A stretch of 64,000 nucleotides of DNA, taken from the NCBI GenBank assembly GCA_030141605.1, contig JAQGDQ010000153.1:186001-250000 (forward strand). Direction: 5' to 3'. Position 1 is the stretch's first letter. Each line of letters starts with the position of its first letter. Positions 23,001 through 35,400 of this stretch are shown here, in pieces. The DNA is from Tubiluchus corallicola (Eukaryota > Animalia > Priapulida). The position numbers and the translations under genes were made by a program. The notes beneath the pieces were generated by a model. That model made no database searches. It was given only the letters and a program-made list of their open reading frames with translations, and had not been told where the DNA came from.

Positions 23001-26000
23001 GCTCAGCGCTCTGGCTGCAGATTATCTCGAAGAGTTTCTTGGCTTATTATTTATGCAATGCAGTCCATTTGCAAGGTCATTCAGCTTGGTTTCCACTGTG
23101 ATCATTTGTTATATTTTACCAATAGCAGAGATTGCATGGGTGGTTGAAGAGACTGTGATATAAAACAGGTGATGTTGTTTATAAATACCCGCATAGTTTT
23201 ACCAATTGTAGCAATTGTTCCGATTTGAAGTGAAGCAGGTATCTGATACTGATCCAGTTGAGGATATTTGGCACTAAATGAAAATTGGTTCATCTGTGGT
23301 GGAATGTCCGTTATTTTAATCACCAAATTGCTTTAGGTTATGTCACATAACTCAAACAAAAGTTGAAGTTTACCGATGTTAGATAGATAAGAAGTAGGCC
23401 TAATATAATTATATTTAGGAAGATTACAATTCGTAAATTTAGTCTGCATATAAGCCTTCCAAAATACACTCAAATGTAGGAGGATACATTGGCGCTTTGG
23501 CGTCATGCACCAGTGGGGAATTTACAGTGCTTCATTGCACTCCCTTCCTGAATTGTAGTCTTACTCATTTCATTCTCTGTCACCTGGCTGGTCTGAGTCA
23601 TGCATCTATTTAACGTTTTTCCTGATAGCACATGGTTCCTTGAAAGAAGCGAACAAACTAGGTTATTACCGTATTTGATTTGCCACATTGCGCAGTGTTG
23701 TTATTTTTATCCATTAGGACCACTCTCGTATTTTTGCCTGTTGTTTGTATTTGCAAATTTTCAAATGTATTACTTACGTGCATCTGCATCATCCTGCGCT
23801 TCCACACAGATGTGCAATTATCAAATAGCTACAAACAATAGTATTGCTTTAGTAGGGATGGCATGGAGCTATTGTTGGCTATGTACAAATCATCAAACAA
23901 TGTATGCAAACAAGTGCAAGTGAAAAGATTACATGGTTAGAGTGAAATAAAAAAATAAATTTACAAATGCAGGAAATGTTAAAGCAGTACATAAAAGTAA
24001 GTCAAAAGCTTTCCCAGCAAGTGCTGCTAAAATATCTAGGGAAGAAGGATGACACTAAAAAGGCGAGCTGTTATCACTAAGGACGGATGACTAACTATTA
24101 TATTCTTGCAATTTTTATTCTTGCAGGAAAATACAAAGTGCAAATTTATGATAGAAATACTAATGATTTTTTGCCCTCAACTCCTGGAATTGGCATGCAT
24201 GTTGAGGTAAGAGGCTAACACACAGGCTGTAAACTTACATATTTTTTTAGCTTACTTCTCACTTGTGTATCAAAATTTATATTGTTCTTTGGTGAAATTT
24301 GGCTGAGAAAGCCATATCAGTAATTTTGTAAGTGACCCCAAAGTCCCAGGCCCAAATGTTCTGTATTTTAATGAATTTTTACTTGTAATCATTTTTTAAA
24401 TTTAAAAATGTTTCTTTTGAGGTATGTGGCTAATTATTGCATTATGCACGTTGGCCTGGAAGTTTTTGTAGGTTAAATCAGCTTGCAATAATGACAAAAT
24501 CACTATTCATTAGATCACATTGTTATATAAGTTGAAAATTTTCAAGCTGCACAAGTGAATAATATGTTATTTAAAAAGCTTTAATGTTAGAAATTTTAGT
24601 TAAGTATATGTGGTTTATACTATAATAAACGTATTTACCAAGCTTTGAAAAATAATTACAGGTGCGTGATCCAGACGACAAGGTACTGATGTCCAGGGTG
24701 TACAGTGCTGATGGTCAGTTTACATTTCAATCTCACACTCCCGGAGAACATGTGATCTGTCTGATGTCAAACTCGTCACAGTGGTTTGGTGGTGGGCAAT
24801 TGGTAAGCTGGTATTTAGCGCATTTTTATTTGAAGCTCAATGTTTTAAATGAGCTTTATTGTAGAGGTTTGTCACAATATTGCTCTGCCACGTGATTGGT
24901 AAGTTATTGTTCACAGTCAGTTTTATTTGTACATGAACATTGAACATTTGAACATATATCTTACTAGTTGTTCACTATCTCTGACGAGTATGATTTCAAG
25001 CTTCGCCAGTTATTTTATAATCTTGTTCACTGATGAAATAACTCCAGATAGAGAAACTAGTGAGTGTTTCATGAATGAACCTATAGTAATCAGCATACAG
25101 AAGGGCAATGATTAATTTAGCACATATTAGCTAGGTTTTGATATCAAGTTGTCAAAAACTCATAGTCTTTAATTCCAATTTAACTATCGTTTAACTTTTG
25201 ACTTTCAATTTCTGTAATTGGCTTCCACATTGTTGAAAATCATCTTGCAAAGATAGCTGACCTTCCTTTTTGATGTGTTACATAGTAAATTCTTTTCCAC
25301 CCTAAGATTTTTAGTAATGAAAGTTTTATCTTTCTGTTGTACACAGAGAATTCATTTGGATATACAAGTGGGCGAGCATGCTGTAGACTATGGTAAAATT
25401 GCAGATAAAGAACAATTTACCCAGTTAGAAATTCGTATGAGGCAGCTCTTGGAACAAGTGGAGCAAATAACAAAAGAGCAAAATTACCAACGGGTAACTA
25501 AGATGTTGCAGTTTGTTTGGTTGTATTTAATTATTTTTATGAAATGCTTGATAATGGATTACATTTTGCTGAAAAACCAGAGAAAGGTGGTTTAGAGTGG
25601 ATGGTAATAATTTACCCTTTGTATGTCTGAGTTTTAATTTTGTCACTCTTTATCATGAACTGGTTGTCAAGTTAAAGTTGTGTTTAAGTACAATCAGTGG
25701 CGGCTCGTGCGTGAGCACTGCAGAACTGCAACACCCCCCTATTTTCACTCGATATTATCGCTAACATTCAATATAAGTCTTCTTTCTTTATACTTGTACG
25801 TTAATAATCTTTAAGTTTAATGTCAGTAGCCATCTAGTTCAAGAAAAAATTATAAAAACCTTGTATGGAACTGCATGCTTCACAGTTCCAGTGATGCGGG
25901 TGTTTGGCTGTTGTGCACCAACGGCCATGCGCACATGTCCAAGATAAGAAGCTGTATGCCTAGACAGAGAGTGCGGTTGTGCAAGTGTAAGGTAGTGTTT

Positions 26001-29000
26001 CTTTTTGACTAAATTTTCTTTTTATATATTTTTTTGTTTTACACAATATTAAAACAATGTCTAAAAATTTTCTGAAGAAGTCCATTAATATTAGCTATGA
26101 GCCACCACTGAGTACAATATGCATAGTTGTTAGTAATTTTTTTTAACATTTTTTTTCGCTTTATATTTGAACTTATTTGGAACAGTGAAGTTTTATCAAT
26201 AGTAGCACAGCCAGACTGGGTTTATTATCCAAAGTTAACTAATTGGTATTATAGCCAAATTTATTGTTGCTAACGTTAATTTATTGTACATTGCTGTTTG
26301 AAACGGTTTTGAGGAAAGAGCCATTCCCAACAACACAATGCAGGTTTTTTTGCACAAAAAAACTACAATGCTTTTTCGGTATGTTAACGAGAACAGAAAT
26401 GAGCAAATGTATTTCTAATTTTTCCATTAGAAAGTACATTTGATTGTTTACATATAAAATTAAGTGCAGCAGCACTGTTACAGCTTTGCAAGCTTGTGTG
26501 TATTGAGTGTTAACATCAATCTAGTCGTCAGTGTATGCAGCAAAGCATTTAGTAGGATTTCATACATACAGAAAAGCGCTAGTAAACTGTTCGTAAATAC
26601 CCGAAGGAACATTTGAAGAAATGGACATTAGGATAATGGAGATTTGAAGGAGTAGACAGCAGAATACTTTAGATGCTTTAGAAATGATGTCTAACGGATC
26701 ATTTGTCTTTGGGTGTCAAACTGGATCAATAGAAGAACAAGTGATTATAATAATTTACGAGATTTTGGGTCCTGTTATTATTATTTCAAATACATTCGTC
26801 ATTCTTGTGATACTTTGTGATGAAAGACTCCATAAAGTACCATTTTATTACATTGGAAGTCTAAGCTTGTCTGATTGTGTAGTTGGTGTAGGTATCATTT
26901 TGCGTATGCTGACAATGATATCAAAATCATTTTGTACACTGAACATTTGTCATGCCAGTGCAATTCTTCTTGGTGTTGCTTTGCGGTGTTCTGCACTACT
27001 TTATGTTGCTGTAACTGCAGACAGGTACATTTCTATTACTTATGCACTCTTTTATTCGACTCTTATGACTACAAGACGAGCTTGGATTAGTATTTATTCA
27101 ATATTCACCTTCGGAGTTGTGCATTTTGTCATCTCCTATAACCTGTATCGTTTAGATTTTGCCGATGGATATTACATGGAACACTGTATTTTTTTCATAC
27201 CTCGAAGATATGAACGAATGTTTGGCATAACAACTGCAGCCGTTCTAGCAATGTTCTGTTTTCCACTCATTGCTTACTTCTATATTAGTATAGCAAGAAC
27301 AGCGCTGCGCCATTCGAAAGCTATTGCTGACACTCACAACATTGTTGGTAATGGAGACAACAGGAAGCAATTTAAAGGAAAGCTGAATCTTGCAAAGACC
27401 ATGGGAATTGCGTTTTTGGTGTTACTTGTCTGCTGGTTGCCTGTAGTGCCATATGCCTTGGCACTCAGTGCATGTTTCAAACAAGACAGCATACAGTGTG
27501 ACAATTTAGAAGTGCATTCAGAGTGGATTGCTTTGTTGTGTGGCTTGAATTCGTTAATAAATGTCTTTGTTTATGCCGCCAAACTAAAGCAGTTTCGAGC
27601 TGGAATGATGAATTTAAAAACAATCATTTTTAGAACTACAAGACTTTATTGTTGTCACTAGATTAACTCACTAAGTTACAATTTATTGAATTTATTATTC
27701 TGAAAATATGCTGTAGCTTCCTGTACCTTGCCATGATACCTTAGCCACTTGAAATAATGTTCTGAATCATGCTGCTACTGCAAGAAAAATGTTTAACTTA
27801 GTTTATGATGAGTAAAACTGACAGTTATCTTTAGTGTTTTCATAATCTTGATCATGAGTAAATGAGTAATGAATTGCCCACTATATTAATTTTGCTTTGG
27901 AATGTGGCTTTAAGGTTCTGTAGCCTGGTTGTATGTAACAATGTTCACCATTAACATTGTAGTTGTAGTAGTTGTGTACATATAGTACTTAATGCATCTA
28001 AATTGCTGTAAGAGATTGGGCTTACTGAGCCGCCAGTTTATCGTATAAATATCGTAATATAACAGACATGTTGCTAGTCTAATCTTTGTTAGTCTATAAT
28101 TAATATAGGTGATACTGAGAAACACGGCACTATAGTAATAGTAGTATTTTTTAATGCTTCGGAGACTGAAAGAATCGTAATGTTTTAGACATTTTTTATA
28201 ATAGGTTGTTTGAAGTGTACTTCTCTAATTATTTTACACCCACTTCTAAGTTTTCCCATTTGATGCATTTTTATATTTTTGTGCTAATAGTATTTCTCGT
28301 CTTTTTGTTGTCCTAGATTTAAAATCTAAAAAATTTTTTCCGAAGGTTCATGTTCCTACTTGATGGAATGGTTATCTCAAGATGTGATTTGAAATGCAGT
28401 CATAAACCACCATTCAAGCTAACTCATTTATCTAAGATTTGTGTAAATTACTTTTCTTTGCATTGTCAATGTGTAATTACTTTCTATATACTCACAATTT
28501 TTAATTGAACACAAACATTGATGTTATTACTGCTGTATCTTTGTGGCTGTTACCATTGTTGTCAGTAACTTGCCGCTGTACCAAAAAGTTGGGGTGAAAA
28601 ATGAATTTTTTCTTGCATTTATTGATTCTGCTATTCCAACATTGATTCATGGATGCTTTTTGTGTATGTTACATTACAGAGAGTTAGTTAATTCATATAA
28701 GTCAAACTTAATTCATATAATCCAAATGCTAATTTGCTTAGTGTTTGGGGGATATTATTCAGTATTGGTCATTGGGATTGGCTGCTAACTTTTGTTGAGC
28801 CTTGGTCTATGTGTGCCTATGATTCTAATCTGTTAAGTTTTGACTTGCCCACACAATTTTAAAGATAGGGTCCAAACAGGCCTATCTGGTATAGAAAAAA
28901 TGAATTCAGCTGTGCTTGCAGTGACATTGTGATGTAGGTCTATGTACATTATCGGAAATGCAGAATGCCAGTGAATGTTTCTTTTGTCTACTGGTGTTAA

Positions 29001-30342
29001 GTTTTTAGCCAAAAGACCTGAGAAAAAGCAAATAAAAATACCTGAGTTGAAGTAAAGCCAAAAACCACCTACAGCAGCAGGAAAAAGCACAACCTAGATC
29101 AACTTGAACTAAACTAGTAAAGAAATTGTATGTCGCAGTGCACTCTGAATTTTGTAGTACAAGTACTACTACTACTACCCTTTGTGTAAAAGTAAATCGC
29201 TCGGGCCATGTTAGTAGCAAGCACTACTCTTTTTATAAAGAAACTATTATTTAATGAAACTGTTCATCTTGCACTAGCAAGCGATATTAACAGTCATAAA
29301 ATTATATGAATGACATATGTTCAGTGCAGTTGATTGACATGCGAATCGTTATTTCGTAGACACATCAGTGACGTAGCTAGAGCTTGTAGTGCCAAGCCCC
29401 TCCTCGAAGAAAGATATAACGTAGCAACATCTATTTGATTTCAGAATACTAAAATTTAGCGATGAGTCAGTTGTGAATAAATTGATAACAATAAAACACT
29501 ACTGAAATAAATTTGTTTGTGAGTCTTTAAAGTCTTCAAGCATGCTTCAAAAGCTGCAAAAGGCTCACTAAGAAGTTTCATCAAATGATTAACACATGAA
29601 AGAACATGATTATAAATGTTGCTTCAGTGAACTCAAGATGTGTACTATAAAAATTTTTGAAAATAAAGAAAAAATATTTCAAAGATATTAAATCATTAAT
29701 AGTTATCATCTTCCTTTGTGACAAACTCAGCAGTAAGTGTTATAACTGGTGTTTTCATGGAAAATTAAATTACGTTGGACGTTTTGCTTTTTGTTAAGAA
29801 AGATACACAAACCCATCGAGCAACATTTAAGTTTAATAAATTAATGTAATGTTCAGAAAATCACACACTGGCATCGAATAGCTGATTCACAAACTTGAAT
29901 GATTTCTAAAACAATAAAAGTGCAAACGTCATAATGCCTACGACAATGACATGCAAATTGTAAGAGACAAATTTTAGGTCACTACACCTGCAACAATAAA
30001 TGAGAAAATGAGGCAACAATGTTTGCCTATTGTAGATATAAGTTTTGTAATATATTTCTACTGGTCTGACAGAATGAACTTTTTCAGTGCACTTGACCTT
30101 AACCTCCTCCATAGCTATGCTGCATTGTTTGTATTTGATAAAAGAAGAAAATTGACACAGCTTTTGATTTAAGTGTTTTATTTTTTTTACAGTATCGAGA
30201 GGAACGATTTAGGCAAACAAGTGAGAGTACTAACCAGCGCGTACTCTGGTGGTCAGTTGCACAAACTTGCATTTTACTTTTGACTGGTTTTTGGCAGATG
30301 AGACATTTAAAGAGTTTCTTTGAGGCCAAAAAACTTGTGTAG
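20078..30342 (+). CDS. TMED9: p24alpha / TMED4-9-11 family GOLD-domain cargo receptor, 5 exons (~220 aa)
   Basis: Exons 20078-20222 (signal peptide, [19 protein letters not shown]), 24127-24206 ([10 protein letters not shown]), 24662-24802 ([15 protein letters not shown]), 25347-25493 ([12 protein letters not shown]...[11 protein letters not shown]) and 30193-30342 ([21 protein letters not shown]...[13 protein letters not shown]). Co-orthologous to TMED4/9/11. Confidence 0.96.
20330..21060 (+). mobile_element. Degraded LINE apurinic endonuclease fragment in TMED intron 1
   Basis: Broken frames with SCNIHG...[30 protein letters not shown] and NNFGRKL...LRIVNGR, which are APE-type LINE endonuclease motifs. 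Confidence 0.75.
25695..26110. mobile_element. hAT-type MITE (416 bp)
   Basis: TIR CAGTGGCGGCTC / GAGCCACCACTG (1 mismatch) and a perfect 8-bp TSD AGTACAAT at 25687-25694 and 26111-26118. Confidence 0.92.
26684..27661 (+). CDS. Intronless rhodopsin-class orphan GPCR nested in TMED intron 4
   Basis: 325-aa ORF with 7 hydrophobic segments and motifs SN(1.50), LSLSD(2.50), ADRY, CWLP and NSLINVFVY. Confidence 0.9.
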   Translation: MMSNGSFVFGCQTGSIEEQVIIIIYEILGPVIIISNTFVILVILCDERLHKVPFYYIGSLSLSDCVVGVGIILRMLTMISKSFCTLNICHASAILLGVALRCSALLYVAVTADRYISITYALFYSTLMTTRRAWISIYSIFTFGVVHFVISYNLYRLDFADGYYMEHCIFFIPRRYERMFGITTAAVLAMFCFPLIAYFYISIARTALRHSKAIADTHNIVGNGDNRKQFKGKLNLAKTMGIAFLVLLVCWLPVVPYALALSACFKQDSIQCDNLEVHSEWIALLCGLNSLINVFVYAAKLKQFRAGMMNLKTIIFRTTRLYCCH

Positions 30343-32490
30343 TATATAATTTTTGATATAGAACTTTAAGGTGAAATGGCCATATGGGGAGTGGTGCGGT
30401 ATCTTTCAGGAAGAAGTATATTGTCAGCAATAGGATGGTCAAATTCAAATGCAACAGAAAATTCTGTGGAAAATGTTTTGCTCAATGGCGAGAAAAAGGA
30501 AACAATTTGTACAAGTCGATTACTATAATTTATCATCTGTATTGTTAGATATTATAACTAAGTCTCACACTATCATAGTTTTCTCATGTTGCTTGATTAT
30601 CTGGTACTGCATTACATTACATTTTTCATGCTGTGGATTATGGGCTTTCTTATTGAAAAATTTGCTGTGTTTGATGCGGTGTCGTCAGGTACACTTAAGT
30701 TGTGGTTAACATATACAATCTACTGAACTAAAGATGCTTCATTTCATATTATTAATTATAATTTCAGTATTGGTACAAGACAGGTGGTAATTTATAAATT
30801 TTGGGTGATTGGAGTTACAGTGTGTTATTTATTACGTTTGTACTATTTTTTTTTCATTTTCAATACATAAATTCTGGTACAAATGCAGTTTTGTATATCT
30901 TAAAATGTCTTAAACAGCAATATTGTTAAGACTTTTCATATTGCTTAGTGTATTTCATAATCGCCGGTTGTTGTTTGTAGCCAGTTGATCGTGTAATTGA
31001 TTCCTCATCAATCTTGTTTCGCAGTCAGCTTCTGGCATTTGCAGCTACAGCCTTGATTCTGTGCAAATATCTTATAAATCATTAAGTTTGGTTTTATATT
31101 TTCTACTTGTTTATTGTCATCTATGTCAAGTGGCTCTTATCACATTTTGCCAATTAATTAGTTTTTAACAATAAATTATAGGTTTTCTAAACTATGTTAC
31201 TTGCATTGTTTTGCTTTGCTTTATGCATTTCTGGAAAATGAACTAAAACCACTAGTTTTGTTTCATAAGTTTGGGGAAATTGACAACTGTTTCAGTGCGA
31301 CTTACTGTGTCAAATATGTAATGTATTGCTACTTTTTTAAAATTTCGATACAGTTGAACTTTTTTAATAAAGTGATAATAGGAATTGACATCAAGTTTCT
31401 GAATTTTTTGTAGTAACAATTTGCAATTTTAAAATGATACATCACTGTCGCATAACATCATTTTTTATGAATTTGTCTGTTTTACATTAAACGTACATTA
31501 ATAACATTTTTAATTTACTGACGAACACCATTTTTTATTTAAAGTTTATTTCAGCATATAAGAATACCATACAAAAGTTAAAAATTTACACTAAAAACTA
31601 AGAAATACTACATGTCGTGGACTATTAAAAGGTGCAAAAATTTACGAAAAATAAAAAAAGCATACATAGAAATTAAAAATACAAAGCGTCAGTTAAAAAG
31701 CCAGCGGTTACTACATATTCTACATAGTTATTCTATGCTATATAACTAAATCTTATATAATTATAGTTATATAGACAATATAATTTTATGTCCAATGTTA
31801 TTTTTATTAATAAATGGGTTAGCATTTAAAAGCGGTTAAAATTGAAAAGTTTGTTTTCATCTGCAAATCTACGGAGTTTCAGCACCCAGGCATTTAATCA
31901 AGCCTAACTGCCTAAGTTACCTTGTGGCTACCCTCTTCTATATAGCTTAAATAGCTATATAATACTAGTGGTAATATATATCAAGCAAATACTTTATTAG
32001 TTTAAAATAAAACATTTTAAGTGCTTTATGTGAACTTATGTCAGGTCCTTTGTTTAATTGTTTTCATCGATAATAATAACAGAGCCCTGTATCATTTACG
32101 TAGCAAATACGGATTAACAAAAGCTACCAGGTTGTATAACAATCAAATGAAAATAATAATTAGCTTCATTAATCATTAACCGAACGTACTACTGTACTAA
32201 TAACAGCAGCAGTAGAAAAATCTCCTTTTTGCTATTATCAAGGCAGATCGAGGATTTGAATTAATTTAGTAGAGCGTAACGGTAAATTTTTTAGCGGATG
32301 CGAATTCAAGTTTGCCACCAAATTTTTTTCGGATCGGGAAATTAGTCGATCTGCTAATCTCTGCCACGTACGTAGTAAAGTTTTATCTATGGTTTTTTTC
32401 TTGAGTACCTATATGTTTTTGTTCATTGTGTACTGTCCTCTTGTGGTGGATTTGTGAACCACACATGTAAACAAACCCGGCAAGGCGATT

Positions 32491-35400
32491 ATGGGGTCGC
32501 GAAATTTGTGGAGGATTGTTTCTTTAGCAACTTCAACGAAAACTAACCATCAGTTATGTACCAGAGTCATAGGCTTTCGTCATTTTGCAACAGGCAAAGG
32601 AAATTCGGTTGGTTTTAAAAAAGTGCTTTCGTATGTTTTATTAGATATAACTACACAAATTTCATAAATTTTCACACAAGATACTACTTTAATTCACTTA
32701 CTTACTATAAACTACTTGAGCTTAAAAAAATCAAGCAAACTATGTAATTCGGATGGCTAAGGGCCAAAAGAAACTGTTTGAGTTGCACAGTAAACCGAGT
32801 TCGGCGAAAATGGTTTTTCATGTATCCATTTCTTAGTGGATGCACTGTGCTTGTGTGCAGCTATAATTTATTGAAACTTAGTGTGCTTTAAAATAATTAA
32901 TTGGTGAATAATCTATTTAGAAAATGCCTAGCACCACAGCTCAAGCTGGTACCGCCCAGTTATCATAATTAAATTATCAAGAGTGAAATTTGATATGCAA
33001 GGCTTACACACTCACGTGCACACATAAAATCAGTGTCTGCATTTATTGAGAAAGACAGTCTTTCACTGCCTATTTAAACTGCTGGTGGAAGTTTGACCAG
33101 GAGCAATAACATTGCAGTTACTCAGAATTTTCCACTTTGCCATTTTATTAAAAAGGTAGAACAGTGAATTACTGGTATGCAAATTGCTCACAAATCAAAT
33201 CAACTTACACGTGTCACATGCATAAATACGCTGTAGTATTCATTGATGAGCTTTTCACCCCTTCTGATGGGACGGCCGGGAAAGTGCGCATTCATTGTAT
33301 TGACAATGTTTCTGCAAGTCCGAGATATGCAGAGCAAATACAATGGATTTTGCATAAGCTGTTCCCCTAACACATACCAAATCCAGTGAAATGTAAAACA
33401 TTTGAATTACATATAACTGAAAAATGTATAGTCTACTTTTGTGGCCTTTTTGTACAAATTTATATCTTTATTATTTGTATGCGTACATGCCTAAGACTTT
33501 GTAGAGCTCAGAGTCAAGCGTATGTTACAGTTACACTGTTTAATACAGACACTGAATTTGTCATTGCCACGATTGTGCAACCGTGTTTTTTTATCGTTGC
33601 CTTTTCAGATAAGGATCCATATTTTCTCGTCAATAGCTTTCATTGGTATATTTCATTTCATGAGATTTAAGTGGCATTTTACTAACTTTTTTCTTTGAAT
33701 TGACTCATCACAACTATTCTGCATTTTAAGGACAATGAGGATGTTCAAAAGAAACAACCAGTAGATATGGAAGAACGACGCAGACAAATAATGGCTAAGG
33801 GCCTACCAAAACAAAAACCGATTGAAGGTGTGAAGGAAATCATTGTCATTGGAGCTGGAAAGGGTGGTGTAGGGAAATCTACTACTGCTGTGAACCTTGC
33901 ACTGGCACTTGCTGACATTAATAAGGTAAAAAAATAGTTGTTGGTATTGCTAAGATTGCTAAGTTATTATGGGTTGTTCTTTACCATTTTCTGCAAAGAA
34001 ATGTAAGTTCTTGGAGACTATGCAACTTGTATATAATAATATATATATATATATACATTAATGTATGTAATGTAGCTTTATTGACAGTGTTTAACTCGCT
34101 TGTATAAAATGATATCTTTTTTACTGTGTTAACTGCGCAAGAGAAACGTTTGTCTTAAACCTAGCTGATTCCCCTTTTTTTGTAAAAATGAGGTTCTTAA
34201 ACATATTTTTTCAATCCTTTATGATTTTACGGGTGTAGGCCTATTTATTGAGAAATTGCGTTTCAAAGTAGATTTAAGCCTTGAGTCTGCAAGTTTAACC
34301 TGTAATGCCAATACTGCTCTTTTAATGTTTGATAGGACAGCAAGATTGGACTACTAGATGCAGATGTGTTTGGTCCGTCAATTCCTATGATGATGAACTT
34401 GGAGGGACAACCAGAAATTACCAAAGGTGTGTCTTTAATAGCATCGCTAATAATCTGGGAACTACCAGCAAAAGTATCACACGTATTAAATTTTCAATGT
34501 TGTCGCTGTGGTGCAAATTTGAGTTTTCGTGGTGAAGATCAAAAACAGTTTTACATGTATCCATTTATAGCATGTTGCGGGACTGTAGTGTGACATATGT
34601 TGTATGCTGTATATCCATTTAGATTGTATTGTGAGAGATCAAAAACGGTCCTTGTAAAGATGGACCTGGGCACTTGTTGATCTACAAAAGGGCCTAAGCT
34701 GTGTCCATAAAGTATGGACTCAAATGTATTGCAAAAGAAATACACCCAGATGTCTACACATCACTGAGTTAACAAAGATGATTTGGTCCCAAAAAGGCTT
34801 GAGAAAACTGCAGTTATCAGGCAAATCCTCCTGCTGGGATTTTTTCATACTATAACTAGCATAGCATGTGCTATATAGTCTCATGGCTAAACAAAAAATC
34901 CATTCTTTATGAACAACATCTGCTTATTGTAGTCCTTTATTGAAACTTTACCAAACACTTTCCTTGCAGGAATGCTATTAACTAGGAATATATGGTTGAC
35001 TTTTGTTTACAGTTTATTTATTTGTCAGCTGAATTAATTAATGAATATCTAGATTTAACAGTAAATGATTATAATTACCATCATCTCCGTTGTTGTCTGT
35101 TTAATTTTGATCATCATCATTTTCATGATTTGTCATTGTGGTTAACAACCTGAACATTATATCAAATGAAAACTGCTTTTTTGTTTTAGGAAACTTGATG
35201 AAACCACTTCAAAATTATGGAATTCAGTGGCATGTATAATGACCTGTTCATATCTTCATATATATAATGATAACTTTTTAAATTATTCTTTACTCATTTT
35301 GGCGGACATAAATTGTAGGAACACTAAATTTTACCAATATGTAATCAAAACAATTGTTAAGCAGAAAAAAGTTATGTTTCATAGACCTTTGTCTCTTCTT

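Noticed and set aside
32518-32531. Second X-box-like GTTTCTTTAGCAAC
   Set aside because: Lies within the NUBPL presequence-coding exon; probably chance.
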